A DNA stretch of 63,078 bases, the filler included, from Corallochytrium limacisporum Hawaii (taxonomy: Eukaryota; Protista; Pluriformea), in NCBI GenBank assembly GCA_002811645.1. It is 4 parts of 4 records of this genome, joined end to end, with 100 filler letters (N's around TTAATTAATTAA, not from the genome) between each part and the next. Parts side by side here need not be neighbours in the genome. Positions count along the whole stretch, not along the records: positions 1 to 28,977 come from PDIP01000181.1; 3 more parts are not named here. One strand, written 5' to 3'. Position numbers and translations under genes: made by a program. Every line of letters starts with the position of its first letter. Within the stretch, counting starts at the first letter, position 1. Below are positions 11,442 to 26,000 of this stretch, in pieces. The notes under the pieces are model-generated. The model did no database searches. It saw only the letters and a list, made by a program, of their open reading frames with translations, and had not been told where the DNA came from.

Positions 11442-14315
11442 GTTCGCAAATTGTTTCTAAGTTCCCTATTTTCTGCAACTGTCTGAGACTACATAGAACA
11501 TTTGTGTATCTTTTTGTTAATTCACGGATCTAAAATTCCAAGGCTTGTCCCGTCTAAAATAGCCCAAGTATCTACTATAACCCGAGGAATGGCTACCAAC
11601 TCTCACCCAAAAAAAAAGGGGGCCAATTCAGGCGGCTATGTGTTCCTCCAAAATGTCCTAAGGAGGACGACAATCGCAAAACCCAAAAGAAAAAAAAAAA
11701 CCAATCCAGGCAAAATGAAGAAGATGGCTGACGAGCCCCCATCGCCTACCCTATGTGAGCTTTTACGTGGATGCGCGGCTTTTTCTTTGCGTGTTGGTGT
11801 GGTCCCCGCAATAAAAAAAAAAAGGGAAATCTAAGGCCACAGAGAATCGCTTGTTTTCCCTCCTACGGACTTGAATCACTCGGTGGGGGGGGGTGGGCGG
11901 CGGGCGGCGCGAGCAACTGGGAACAAAATAAAGGCGAAAAAGGTCCGGGATACCCCGACCCCCGTGGGGAGGGAGGGTGGTCCTGCCCAGCCCACAGTGG
12001 TTTCATGCAAGGAAGGACCCAACAATTGATAGGATGGCGCCTTGGTGTTTCTCTTTTGCTGTGGCCCATGGAGGGCACACACACACACACACACACATAG
12101 CGCACGGTCGGATCCGCTGACCTCGGCCAGGCATAGAGCAGCTCCAAGTTCGAAACAGGTCGAGGGCGAAGCGTAAGCCTTTTTTCTCCCCTTCTCCTTT
12201 TTTTCATGTTTGGCCTTCTCACCTCTCCTTTAATATTTCGTACCGAGTGTCCACCATTGAAAACACAAGCGACTGCGGTGATATGTGGTCTCCAGCCCTT
12301 CTCGCGGCACTACACTCTTGTCCCTTCCCTTCGAGCCGCCGAATCGTTTTCTTTTTCTGGGCGCTCCTTTTGTGTGTGGCTCGGCTGACTCGCTGCAATT
12401 CCTCCTCCTTCTAATCTCCATGTTCCGCGTACTCATCATCTTCCGTACTTAAACAGTTACAGACTGCCAGTGAACTGATAGCCAACATCTTAGATAAAGG
12501 AACTTAAAACAGGAAGGAATGCAAAAATCTCGAAATGGGCACCAGAGTATTAAGAAAAAAGGTGAAGAAATTTTTTTGCCCTTCTCCCTTTCTCCTGTTC
12601 CAATTTGAGAAAGAAAGAGGCTATCAAAAGTCATAGTTTTTATATGCCCGGCGCAGTGGCCACCCCACATTTCCTCATTTTCTGAGCTGCCACGCTTGCT
12701 CCCGCTCCAACCGAACCGTGTGCCGATCTAACCGGAAACCAAGTCTCCCACTGTTGATGCCGTTAAAGTGCACACGGTCGTGCAGACCCGCACACACACA
12801 TACACACACGCCTGTATACACACACATAGAGTCGCCGAAATTAGTGCCATCCCTATGCCATACAATCACCATGCTAAGACCGAAACACAAGAAAGCAAAA
12901 AAGGGATGAATTGGAAGCAACACCGACATCAACGTCGCACAATTGTTCGCAACTCAGTCACCAGAGCTCCCTGTCCCCACACCCAAGGGGTGGGCCATTT
13001 CGTAAGTCACCACCTCCTAGCACACCTCAATCTGACCCAAATTTGGTTCTAATGGAACCCGTAACCCAAGAGAGCGAGAACGTATTAGTGTTATGTCTCC
13101 CGGTGTTTTAGATCTCCAGAACGTATCGTCACGGGTGTTCTCCGGTTTCCGGCACCCACCCCGTTTTCTTTCTTTCCTTTGCAGATGTCCAGGCTTGATA
13201 ATTTGACACGGGGCTTCCGCAATTAAAGCGCAATAAAAAAAAGCACGGGAACAGTCAAGGACAATGTGGAGTAGGGCCCATGGTAAGGGGGACCCGGGTG
13301 CACAGGAAATGGGTAAGTGTGCCTTGAACCGTCTACTTGGTACACGCAGACACGCCCCCAAGGGCCCCTTCCCATCTAGCTGATGAAATGCGACGCATAA
13401 TCTCCTCATGATTTCAATGGCCATATATAAGGAAAGAGCGGCTCAGGTGGCGAACCGCAGGGTGGTTCGCTGCCTTCCGTGCCTCGCGACAACCTCGCCA
13501 TCCACGGACCGGCAGGGTGCGCTCCAATCCAGACCAAATCGCAAAGGCAGAACCATAGAAAACAGAGGTCTCGGGGTTGGCCCCGAATTAGTTCACTTCG
13601 CTGCAGCGCGAGCCAGCGATACACCTGCCCCACGGACACATTCACGCACCCTTCCCCACATGGTCAGGTTCCGCTGTCCCCTGCTTCTCTCTCTCCCCTC
13701 CCCCTGTTCTTTCCCTTCTCTGTCGATCCGGTATGCCTTGATAAGGCAAAGCAAGAAAGGGAAAGGAGTCGGGAGAGAGCGAACACGCAAGACGGGCCCG
13801 TGCAAAACACGTCAATACCTGCTTCTTCCTGCCGCCCCCCCCCCCTTCTCCTCTCTCCTTCCCCACTGCGGCCTCTCCTTCCGCCGTCGACCGCTGTTTC
13901 TGTGCCGCCTCCGCCGTCTTTTTTCAAAAACTTACACACGTCCCTGCACAGGTGCGAGCTCGCCCAAGTTCACTGTAAAACTGGGAACGCAACCCGACAT
14001 TGACGATGGGAACACAGAATGTATTCATAGTGTTGCTCGGGTCCACGGTGCTTTGTGGCAGCATCAAACCGCAGCATACGCTGGTGCTGGCAATACGCGT
14101 TCCTGCCGGTGCTCCTGCTTTACCCGGTTTTCAACGTTTGGCCCCTACCCCCTTTACCGGGTCAGCGCAGTACCGGAAAAGGCAGGCGAGGCGCGGGAGG
14201 CAGTGGGAGCTTGCAAGCAACAAAGGCGGGGGCGGAAGAGAGAAACCATGGTTCAAAAAGTAGGGAGGGTGGGAGGGAAGAGGAACTCCCTGTCGCCGAA
14301 ATTGTTGGGGGGGGG

Positions 14316-14534
14316 NNNNNNNNNNNNNNNNNNNNNNNNNNNNNNNNNNNNNNNNNNNNNNNNNNNNNNNNNNNNNNNNNNNNNNNNNNNNNNNNNNNNN
14401 NNNNNNNNNNNNNNNNNNNNNNNNNNNNNNNNNNNNNNNNNNNNNNNNNNNNNNNNNNNNNNNNNNNNNNNNNNNNNNNNNNNNNNNNNNNNNNNNNNNN
14501 NNNNNNNNNNNNNNNNNNNNNNNNNNNNNNNNNN
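14316..14534. other. Assembly gap (N run flanked by poly-G)
   Basis: N run. Similar gaps at 18478-18537, 34441-34513, 37247-37511 and 59720-59925. Confidence 0.99.
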
Positions 14535-15524
14535 ACGGTTGGGGGGGGGGGGGGGGGCAGACCATCGGTGTTTCTCGTGAGCAGGATATCGCCAATCAAC
14601 ACACCAAGACTCAGAGATCCTCCATGCACGCACGCACACACGCCCGCACGAACACACATACACACATAGCATCAGGCCCAGAACGTAGTGGATAGAGTGG
14701 GCCTTGGAATGTTCTAGTTTCAGAGTGTCTAGCACTTGATTTGGAGTATTGTGGATGCTGGGCAGGGAAACGGTGTATGCGCCTTGTGCCCCCGTATTGC
14801 CCATTGTCGGGTCCCCATAATCATCATCAGTGCGACAGATGTACGTACAGGCGTAAATCAGCTTGGTCGTTGGCCATGCGTTGTCTCTTAGGTGAGGCTG
14901 CAAATCATATTGTTGTCAAATGCCTTGCAGACGGTTGCCTTATCAGCGAATGGTATACCACAGCTTAATGCTTCGAGCACCAACGAAGCAGCTCCAATGT
15001 GCTGCCTCGTTGCGCAGGGTAATCTGCAAACACTTCTAATACGCAAGAAATGATGTGTTAACTTCACGCATCTCGTATGAAGTATTGTGTACTACCTGAT
15101 AATCGTGGTAGACTTCGTATACAATAACAGCAGTGTGGGATTGTACCTGACAGACATCATAGTGTACTTGGCCTACAGATCTTTTCCTAGCATATTTCCA
15201 CGATGACTTGTCTCACACATGCATAATATTGTAGGATGGCGACAGCACATGTATGGAACGGTAATAGGTATCGGCAGCGGGCCACGCATTCCGGCAAAGA
15301 GGAAAACTATACCCCTAACATGCATATCTCTTTAATGATGTTGGAAGAGCCAGAACCGGGCTGCGTAGTGTTCCCGGTTTCGAACACCATTGTATGTTAC
15401 AGCAGCCAGAGCGGCTTCGCCACTGGGCTCAACTATATGAATGTTCCTTTCCGTGCCATGCTATGGCTAAACGTATGCCTCTCGCTTGCCGCCTGGGTCT
15501 TCTACGGGTTAGATTTTGAGCACC

Positions 15525-16301
15525 ATGCAGAATCATGTAGGGAACCAACACGATAAACCGCTACACCATGGATCGTACGAGCCTGCATTGCACCAGGGCA
15601 TGCATCGCGCAGGAAAGAAGATCGGGTTGAAGTTTATTCCACGACTTCTCAAGCGCCCCCGGCTATACAGAACACTAACACGCATTCTTGGGCGCCGGTT
15701 ACTTAGGGCAATTCCAGCAATGCTTCCCGCAATCGGAGGAATTGCCGGACTGTACCTGGCACGGCAGGATTGGCTCAGGCTCCAGCAAACGAGATCAAGT
15801 TTACTAAAAGAAATCGAGGAAATCGACCAACCTAATTTGCAGGCGACGGTAAAAATTGAGCCGCAACTGTTCACACTGAGAGAAGAGGACAAAGTACATC
15901 CTGCGCACCCCGCTGCACAACCACCACACCGACGAGAAGTCCAGGCAGCGCAGCTGCTCTTTGGGGTGGCCCTGGTGGGAGACACTTTAGATGCAAGTGT
16001 ACATCTTGCGTTGGCAGCGCACGGTATGTTAGACTGGACGCCTCCGAGTACTCAAGCCACAGATGCAACAGTACAGACTGGCATGGACGAAACGGGCTCA
16101 GTTCCCATCCACGCGGTAGAGTCCACCAGCAGCATTCCTGGTACAGACATCACGGATACGATACAGGCCATGCTACACGATCCCAGTTTCTTGCAGGTTC
16201 TGCATGCTGCTGAAACTTCCAGTGTGATGCTTGCACTCACAGCTGGCATTTCTGCCGTCGCCGCTGAGTGGCTGGTCCACCGTGAGGAATCGAAAATATA
16301 A
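15525..16301 (+). CDS. Hypothetical protein with hydrophobic/amphipathic helices
   Basis: ATG at 15525, about 258-aa ORF in non-repetitive sequence. Hydrophobic stretches include AIPAMLPAIGGIAGLYLA and VMLALTAGISAVAAEWLV. No family recognised. Confidence 0.6.
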   Translation: MQNHVGNQHDKPLHHGSYEPALHQGMHRAGKKIGLKFIPRLLKRPRLYRTLTRILGRRLLRAIPAMLPAIGGIAGLYLARQDWLRLQQTRSSLLKEIEEIDQPNLQATVKIEPQLFTLREEDKVHPAHPAAQPPHRREVQAAQLLFGVALVGDTLDASVHLALAAHGMLDWTPPSTQATDATVQTGMDETGSVPIHAVESTSSIPGTDITDTIQAMLHDPSFLQVLHAAETSSVMLALTAGISAVAAEWLVHREESKI

Positions 16302-18356
16302 GTTCGCCTAGATTGTATGATTTTTCCTGATTTATAATGCATATGATGGGGATATTATTGATTTTATGCGCGTCCTAACCAGTCCGAAATCTCCATTTTG
16401 TGGGGGGCGGGGACGCGCAGCCGTTTGCGAAAGTTGGTTGCGTCTGTCGACGTACGAGACAACTACGAACTGACAGCACTGGCCCTCCACAATAATGCCA
16501 TCCTATGGAGCCATTCAATTCCCTAGGAAGAGTCCATCTTATGAAGCCACCCATTGCTCTAGGAAGAGACTGTTGCAGCAAAAGATTGCCAGGCGAATAC
16601 TCTCCCCAACATGATACACGACAGCTTCCACTACCAACGTGATTATCAATCACCAGACACTCACAAAGCAATGGGCTCGGCGCTGGTGCCATTCGCCATG
16701 TTCGCTGACAGTCACATCGGACAACACTTCCACGTATTCGAAGAATTTTGGATGCACAAGGGACCTTGCGTTTCAGTCAAACTTGGCGTGATTTGGGACC
16801 AGCGGGAGATTACCACAAAAACAGACGCAGCAGACCCGGCACCGGAGAGTCGGGTGTGTAACCGCTAAACGAGAAGAGCGACATGTTACGTTAATGACAA
16901 CTGGTCATCCATACGCCACCCCGCGCGACACTTTTCACCAGTTTCTTTCCTGTGTTTGTAGTAACTCTTTGGTGAATGTTAACAATAGGAAGAAAACGAA
17001 TGTAGGAGATTCTACATTCGGTATTTCTCGGCGACGGTCCCATCATACTACGGATAAACGTATATGTTACATCAACAAGCAGGGATTACGCACAAGAAAC
17101 TTGTTGCACACAGTCCATATGCCGCCATGATCTAAGGTCTAGCAGGACCTACTGCTTCTCTTGATCATAGCATGCTGTTTGGAACCCCATGATACAGTAA
17201 TAGCTCTATGACAGCGAGTGAATGGAATTCTGCTATGGCGAATGAAGGATCATGAAATGTAGTTGGACGGCGTAGTCATGAAACTAGCAAAGGCATAGTG
17301 AACGAGACCCCTCGCCTCGAAGGAGGGAGACACGCAGACGGACAGACAGACTCGTGCTGTGGACGTGGCCGCCGAGATACCGGTAGTCCAACAGCCTAAT
17401 GATCGTCCAGAGAACAACAAGCATTGCAAGCGCTCCATCAACGCCAGCGTACCGTGCAGGCGCCTACCATCTGAAATGACTCCCTCCTCCGTCGATGGTG
17501 CCCAAGGCTGTTAAACCCCCCCCCACAAAATTGGCCCATGGGCCACCGAACTGAACTAAACCAACCCAGGCAATTACCCACATTCCCCAAAACATCCAAT
17601 ACGCATGTACGCACAAACGGTCCAGCCAAATTCATGAGAATCTGTCTATAACCATCTTTAGTCAATCTTTCCAGTGACAACATCAACTTCAAGGATCGTC
17701 AAGCAGGAGACATCACAAGATACGTAGATGCCAAAGATGAATGCGTATTAAACGGTGGCATGAAGAACTACTTTCTTTGAAGGCTTTCTACGCGATGAAG
17801 GAACAAAGGGGGGGGGGGGGAAAGGGAACCACACAAGTACAAAACAACAGCGAGTCCACTCCCCTCCTCTTCCCCCTCCCCCCAGAGCGGAAAATTTGCT
17901 GAGACCGCCAGTATTTTCAATACTTCTACGACGGTAATTTGTTATGTTCGGTGAGTCCTGTAGGAAGAAGTGGATTCTATCTGGAATGAAACTTGGACGC
18001 GTATGTTGTTCCTCAACCCTGCAGCCGGTAGGCACTCATCATCACACTATAAATACACTACAAAGCTGTAATAGCCAGTATTTTGTGTGGCGGTTTATCG
18101 TGACTGTTCTTGAATTGAGGCAGATTTTGCAGCATTCTACCAGTGCAGCCGATCGCCCTCGTTGCTGAGAGAATTGGGCCATGATACGCTCTGAGAGAGA
18201 AAAAGGAAAAGGAAAAGGGAGAGAGAGGGCGAAGAAGACGAGACCAAGAGAGAGAGAGAGAGCCAAGAAGCATTGGGCCGCTCGTCGCCTGGGCAAGGGA
18301 AGGGGGGGGGGGTGGAGAAAGCTGCGAGAAACAGCGAGACAGGGGGGCAGAGAGAG

Positions 18357-18430
18357 GGCGAGCGAGCGAGCGAGCGAGTGAGCGAGCGAGTGAGTGGCAG
18401 GCGGGCAGGCAGGCAGGCGGGCAGGCGGGC

Positions 18431-18471
<41 letters not shown>

Positions 18472-18538
18472 CACCCGNNNNNNNNNNNNNNNNNNNNNNN
18501 NNNNNNNNNNNNNNNNNNNNNNNNNNNNNNNNNNNNNC

Positions 18539-18601
<63 letters not shown>

Positions 18602-18625
18602 GTGAGTGAGAGAGTGTGTGTGTGA
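18357..18625. repeat. Compound microsatellite (GCGA)n-(GGCA)n-(GACA)n-(GT)n spanning a gap
   Basis: Directly visible tetranucleotide arrays. Confidence 0.95.
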
Positions 18626-19971
18626 CACACCCGCGCACACACAAACACAGCGGGGACATGGCAGCAGAGACCGCGCCATGGAGAACTGGACAATATTGCG
18701 CAAAAGAAAGGAGTATGACAGTGAGAGTTTCCAAGGATTTACGCGAAGACTTAGGACAAACGGTTCCGGGGCCAAACATGGTCAGCACATTTGCGGTGTG
18801 AGACAGACGAAGGATTGTCCGAACGGTCTCCACATTTCTTCTGTCCAAGAAAATTCCAGGCGTTTAGGTTTTAATATTTCTGTCCAAATTCTGTTCAACA
18901 CCTCAACCCGCAACTACCCAAGGAGAAAACAAGAAATAGGACAAGGACAGAATTGGTGAAATTCCTGTCTCATGTTACTATAGTATACCGAGGTCTGAGT
19001 CAGCCAGTGAAATAGAACAGAAGAGAATGCTACCAAAAACGTCGGGCGCATGAGTTGGCAAGCAGCGCATCCTTCAATTCTTCTGTTTCCTCTCTTCGGA
19101 CAAACACCGTGGACCGAAAGGAAAGGGAAATGACAAACAAAACGGAAGTAGGGCCAAAAATAAAAAAATATACCAAAGGAAAGATTGGGGATCCATTTCA
19201 GATCAAGCGGTAGCAGGCGGCTGTTTTGCTCCTGTCAAACTTGTGAAGAAGTACGATAGGGGTCCCGGACGGGAGGTGAGAACCAAAACACTGAAGTACG
19301 CACTCGTCGCTACTACTGGCCGGCCCTCATTTTGCAGGTGCTGACTCTGCTGCTTACGCTTTCGCTTTCTTTAACTTTCCTTTTTTCTTTTTGTGTTTTA
19401 TCTTTCAAACACACTTCCGGTTGCTCGGGCACGCAGTAACGCAGCACATCTGAGGAAATGAAAACAGAAACAATGTGAACCCGTTTATCTACTCAGCAAG
19501 CGGGGTGCACAGGGGCCCCTAGTCTTTTACTATTACTCCTACTCTCTTCTCCACAAATACACACACGGACGCACCAACCAACTCCCCCTTTCCCGGGGGC
19601 TTCTCTCCCTGCGGCCAGTTTTGTGAACCACAAAGGTGTCACCACTATTGTACACTTTGACGGTAATTCTGCAGCGGAGAGAAATGTCACCCTCGTGATG
19701 AATTAAACACCACATCATTTATCGTTCCCTTTGTGTGTTTTTTTTTCCATTCGAAACTTTTCTGCGAGCAGGAATATAAAGAGTACGCATCTGTAAAAGC
19801 CAGCAAGCAGGCGTGTCTTAGTAAAATAGGCAGAGCGAGACAGAGACAGACAGAGACAGAGACGGGTGACGGCGACGGAGACGGCGTCGGAGCCAGGTGA
19901 GAAATGCGGTCGCCGGGCGCGGAGCGTTGTCTGCAACACACACACACACACAGACACACTCCCTCACCGCT

Positions 19972-20074
19972 TGTGTGGTGTGTCTGTTTGTGTGTCTGTG
20001 TGTGTGTGTCTGTGTGTGTGTGTCTGTGTGTGTGTGTCTGTGTGTGTGTGTGTCTGTGTGTGTGTGTCTCTCTC
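19972..20074. repeat. Interrupted (TG)n microsatellite
   Basis: TG runs punctuated by TC roughly every 12-14 nt. Confidence 0.95.
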
Positions 20075-23000
20075 GTCACATTCAAACCGCATAGAGAGAG
20101 ACCAAAGACGACAAAAGAAACTAAAAACAAGCAGCCTACCAACCGGAAAACCGGTGCTAGCCAACAGCCACCAAGAAGAGCCGCAAAGTAGCGCAACTCG
20201 AACTCGGTCTGACTCAGATAAAATTGATGCCGGCTCGCTGGGTGTGTGTTCCAGGAATCCCTGATCCCACTTCGGGGGAGCCCTCGTTCAAATAGGGAAG
20301 AAGAAGAACACCCCTCGGGTGTGTGTGTGTGTTGTGTGTTTGGTTGTTCAAAGGGGAATTTAAATACGAGAGTCGTGGTCAGCAGAGTTGGGGGGGGGGG
20401 GCAAACATATAAAACAAAAAGTTTATGTCACCCCGCTGACTGACTGACAACAAAGCCTGTTTCACTGTGCTTGGTTTTAAGAATTCCTTTTTTCATTTTC
20501 TTTCCTGGCTGCTACCCAACCTAAAACCATGAATTTCGTCCTTTGTTCGCAATCACACTTTCCATCTGCTTCGGTCCCGATATTTTTTTGAGGGCACGGG
20601 AAGCTTCCTTTCATTCCTTTTAAACGTACGTATTTTTACGAATTTGCTTGCCCCCCCCCCCTCCTCTTTATCCCAGACATTCCAAAAGGTTCGGTTTTGT
20701 GAGTCCACTGAGTCCCCCCCTCCCTTCCCACTCCGGGGCAGTCTCACAAAACCAAACCCACACAGTCCCTCGTCTGTTTCGCACTCCCTTTGGTCTAGCA
20801 GTGCGTAGTGATCTACACTTTTCTTCGGGGTTTCGTTCGAAAAGTGGTCGTACTGTATGGCAGCTCAGCGGGGGCAAGTGACCGGGACTCGTTCCACACG
20901 GCTGAGAAAGGATTGGGATTTACATCATGGTGTTCACAATCCCCTTTTATTTGCGATTGCAGGCCAACCCGTTTCAACGTGTGAGTCACAGTTCTGACAT
21001 GGTGGTAGCCCATATCGGAACGATCAACAAGCATTGTGAAACACTTTGCACTGCATGTCACCACTACCATTTACGATCAAGGCCGTCATTGCTGATGTTC
21101 ACTCACGCCAAAGGAGTTCGTCAGGATCTCCAGACATGCCTTACAACGAGCGGAAGCATTTGCGGCAGCCATACCCCGAAGAATGAAACAATGGAGGCCT
21201 TGTTGGCCCACAGGAATTCTCACACCATACAGTGCGCATGATCGAATTTATGATCCGGCCAATCTAGTCTTGTACGGGGATAATTGCACAGCGGGCCTTG
21301 TACGTGTCAGCGACCTCAAAAGCCACTTTGCGGACAACACCATAATGGTGGGGTATCAAGAACGAATCGTGAGCACTGGCCCTGTGGGGGTGATCAGACT
21401 ATTTGTCCGGATTTTTTTAACTCGTTTAGGATGATGTTGGTACTTGGTCTCGAGAAATTGTCATTGGTTTGACCTATATACATCATGAGTATTCGAAGAG
21501 TCGCCCTTCCTTCTTCATTGCCACAGAGACGACTGACCAACAATCACTCTACACGGAGTCTCTTATCTTTGCGTTCTTTTGCCACCATGCACACATACCT
21601 TCTTTCGGCAGGGCAAGACGGAGGGGACGGATGTTCGACATGGGTGTGTTGTACTTTCTGAGGTGCGGCCTGACGCTCACGTTAGCCGGGAGTGCCCGAG
21701 AAGAGGATGGAATACTGTGGTTACCGAAGAGATTGACACGGAGTGGGTGAGTTTATATGAAACTGGCGGGAATGTGTCACAATGGGATAGTGTGTGTGCT
21801 GACATGAAATGTTTGCTCACAAGACTGCATTCATTCTCGTCCTTCTATCATGTCGATGGTGAATTAATGGGTTTGTAACCATTCCAAGTCGGCAAGCACC
21901 ACACCTTGGTTCCTAGTTTCCAGGTATCTGTCAAACGTTTCTCCGGATTTGATCTCGGTAAGGTTTTGTGCCTGCGTACCGCATCCGCGTCTGGACTTAC
22001 CATTGCGTAGCGGTAGCCAGCCATTCTCCCGGAGATATTGTATTTTTGCTACTCGTTTGTATGCCCCCTCCCCGTTTCCTTGATTCCTTTTTCAGCAGCT
22101 TGTATGATGAGAGTGGTCGTCAGAAACCAGAACCCTCCATTCCTCCTTCCGTTCCCAACAAAGGCTCCACTCTCTACCAGGTGATAGTGACTAGGCTGCA
22201 CAATTCATGGCCGTGTAGGAGACCGCTTCATCACAGTGAGGTTATGTTTCGGCCTGTGGTTAGGTTTTCCGAAGGTACTAACAAGGTACGCGTTTCTCGG
22301 TGTTCTCGCACTCCGAACCTTTGCCCACACCCTGATTGGAATTCTATTTTACTATGTATATGTATGGTGGTTCGGAGCAAGATGTGGTACAGATCTACCA
22401 GAACGACATCAACGTAAGTGGGTGTGGGTGTGGGTGTGTGGATGTGCATGACCTTGAAGATTCTAAGAGTTCCCGTCTAAACGAGATAGCGGCGGGTGAG
22501 CAACGGAAACCAGGGCACACAGTCCGTTGTGAGCTGCGTTGTACACGTGTTTTCTTTCCACGAAATCGTTGATTTCTACTTGCTGTCATGTTCCGTTCGT
22601 TCCATTCTCAGGTGCCACGAGAATGCAAAGAGATCCGACCTGGGGGTCTGGGGCTTGGGGCTGGATTGGGCGGGTTAGTTGGTTGGGACCCAATTGAAGA
22701 CAGTAATACTGGATGACTCTCACCACCACTGTTTGCCACAATCTCTCCCCCCCCCTCTCTCCTCCTTTTTCGGTTTCACTTCTCCCATCTATTGATTATG
22801 TGCAGTTGTATCCTCCCCCCTTCCCAACCCTTGATGCGCTTGGGACGTCGGAAAAGAAAAAAAAAACAAAAAGTAAAAACAAGAAAAGGGTTTGTCCCCC
22901 TTTCTCGCCCGTTGTCAATTTCCCGGCAAATGCCCCTCCACACCCCCCGTACAACTTTACCATGAATCTCCTATCGCCGAAATATATATTCCCGTTACGC

Positions 23001-26000
23001 AGGTACTGTTATATTTTCCTCTCGGAAATGAGGAAAGGGTATGACCGGGCGAGGACAGATACCAAGTGTGAAGAGATTCTATTTTTTTTTGTATGTTAGC
23101 GCACTCCCGGACTGTGTGCGGAATGGCCAGAAAATATTGGAAGGGGTACTATTCTGTACTAAGGCGTCTGAATCCGCTACGAAAGATTATGGAATTGCGT
23201 ACGGTACCACAAAACTGGCAACAATTTTGCAACAGCATCCTTTGCACGCGATCCAGAAAAGATCAGACCCGTCATCTATACCAAAAAGCACCAAACACTC
23301 GAGACGAATAGAAAGGAAAGGAATACCCATGAAGGACGGGACGGAACTGGGCATTGGTTGGCGAATGGGTGAGTTTTGTGGAGGAGAAGTGGGAGATCCA
23401 CTACGCAACCCTCCTCTGTCATCTCCGTGTGGGGCAGGTGAAATTCACAAAAAGGAAAAAAGAAAAAAAAGAAAAAAAAAGAAATCCCGGAGGGGTGGGG
23501 TTTGTCGTAGGCGGGTCGGTGATATGCTGATAAAGTAATGACGGTCGGATCTGGATGGTTACACTCACTATGAAATACGGTCCAGTGCGCTTTACGTCAG
23601 TTTCTGTTGTTGCCAACTCAAATGCGCAATTCTTTCCGTTCCTGTCAACCCATTGATGCAAAAACTTCTGAGACCTGGCAAACTGTACCCTGCCGTAAGA
23701 TGATCTTTTACCATTACTGACCGTCTCATATTCACACAGACATTCCAAACGCCAGGCCAACTGACCTCATATTGCCGAAAATCCCTTTTCCGTAGCCGTA
23801 AGCTTTCCTCCCGAGTCACTACTATGCATCACCACCAAACCGATTGCCGAGGAGTCCCGTGTCTTCTGATGATGGCCATAGCAGTCCAACTGGTTCGCGA
23901 CAAATCACACTCGCTCCTACCAATCTATTTGACCAGACGAAGACGATTCTGTCCGTCCCGTTCCACTTGCCCTTTGACGGCAATTACTGCCCTCTACATA
24001 TGTATTGGGCATAAGGCTCAGATGTACACTCGTGGTAGATGGCAGGGGATTTTCCCGTTCATGGTCGGCAATTCCCCCGGACCGTCCCGTCTAGTTGGCA
24101 GGTGCCCTGCGACAACTCCATGGTTCTGTTCAACGCCTCTTGAGTCCTGTGTTCTATCTCTACATCTCTCCACTTCATTTCTACATACATTTGTATACAT
24201 AAGCACGTTGGTCTGAAACGTGTTCAAGAGAAACCAAAGATGGATGTTGACGCATTCCACTAATCGATCACACCGGCGGCTGCGGAACTGCATCGGCGGG
24301 TCCTTTGCTCGTTGCTCTCTATCGTGCCTTGAGTCGCCGTAGTCTTCCAATGATTTCACAAAGGGAGGTTGGACCCAGCTGCGCTATGAATACTACTATC
24401 ACTTACGACCGTAATTGTCCACAACTCTCTGGGAATGGGAGAACTGTAGCAACCTTTTTTGTTTACTTCGTTCTACATGGAAACAGTGGAATTTGCTCAG
24501 CAAGTAACCCTGGAGCGAGAATGATAATTGGTAAGCAGTTCCGTGGTGTTCATCAGCGCACCGGTTCAAGACTTTTATTCGATGGCCCAACAAGGAAGCT
24601 GACTTCCGACAGCAACAGGAAGTGATTGTATGGATATTAGATGGATGAAGAGGAAGTACAAAGGTGCGTCCAGGTGAAGCAGAATGGCTCCTGCCTTTCT
24701 TTGTGGAATGCAGTGGCCTTCCTTAGAGACATAAACAAAGACAAATATAGTCACGGGCTCTGTACTGTTTCTACTTCGGTTTGAACATCAAGCAACATCA
24801 TACATGTTGTGTTTGTTTGGGTGCCTGTGTTCATGATTTAGTTAGGCAGCTTGAAGGCTTCCGAACGGGATATTCAACAGATGCGCTGCCAGGCGGTTCA
24901 TGTGCCAACCTCGACAAATACTCCGCGAGATTACTTCTGCATTCCAGTGCGCGGGGTTTCCATAAATGCCGAACTGGTTAGCTGAGCATCGATGCACTGA
25001 ATGTGCCGCAAACGTGGATAGCGCGCGTCTTGAAAAGGCTGCTGTGCATTGTACTGTTTCTGGCAATATATAATGGCAGAGGTTCTCCATTTCGTCGAAT
25101 TCCCTCACCTGTCGTTTGTTCTTTCTCCGAGATTTCGTAGGGAAGCTGATAGATGGACAGTATTTGACGCCAGAATTCTTTCCAACATTCCGTAGGCTGT
25201 AGGCACTCACAAGGAGCCAGCATTCCAGGGGTGTCACACCGAGAACAAAGATCTTGAGGTATGGCAACACTCGCTCATTCTTTCTCACATACAAACGCTC
25301 TACCCAATTCAGTTCCATTCTTAAAGCATGCAAAAAATGCCCAAACTACTTTCCGAGGCCCGGCGCTCCGCTGCTCAGCACCAGGGAATCGGTTGCGGAA
25401 TGATTGCGCAAAGTGCATGTGCAGCAGATTTCCATTTCATGTACAACATATCCATGCACAGCTATGAACTACCAACATGAAAGAACCGGTAAAGAGTAGC
25501 CGTACTGTGGCACTACGAGATGCCACTTTCGAACAGGCAGGCCCTAGGCGGCATAACTTTATGGCCGGCATGGCCAATGTCAGCTGCTGTCACCCACTGG
25601 GATCTGTCTGTGTCAGAGCATGCTGGGTAACTGGCCTAAGTGAGAAAATTTATACACTTTGCTCTGTGCGGGTTTTGTCAGTCTACCTGGTACGTAAAAA
25701 TTGCATGGCACGGGATGTGAGCAGTGTGTATTGCATACATCATCTATACTTGATCCTCCCGTGTTCTGGCAACTTCGTTCAAGAGCGTTCCGGAGCGCGT
25801 AAAGGACTCAGCAGTGACTGTACGCCAAGACCAAGAATTTGTGAAAAATATTTTTTCCTTGGATATGCCCTGTAGAAGTTGGGCACGCCGAGCAGACAGG
25901 CATACAACCGAGGGAGAGGTGCTGGCGAAAAATAGCAAGTCGCTGTGTACTGTTGTATACCTGTTTGAAGGCTAAGAAACGAACATTTCTTGCAACATTT

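Noticed and set aside
13408-14903. Long ORFs (390, 204, 216 aa) near and across the N gap
   Set aside because: They are low-complexity translations inflated by Ns, with no recognisable domain.
18042-20264. ORFs with VCLS/THTH/DRQT repeats
   Set aside because: Translations of microsatellites.
22274-22292. TACTAACAAG|GTACGC as a second AG|GT junction
   Set aside because: No pyrimidine tract, no clear upstream donor and no cargo RNA. An isolated 7-mer is expected by chance in 63 kb.
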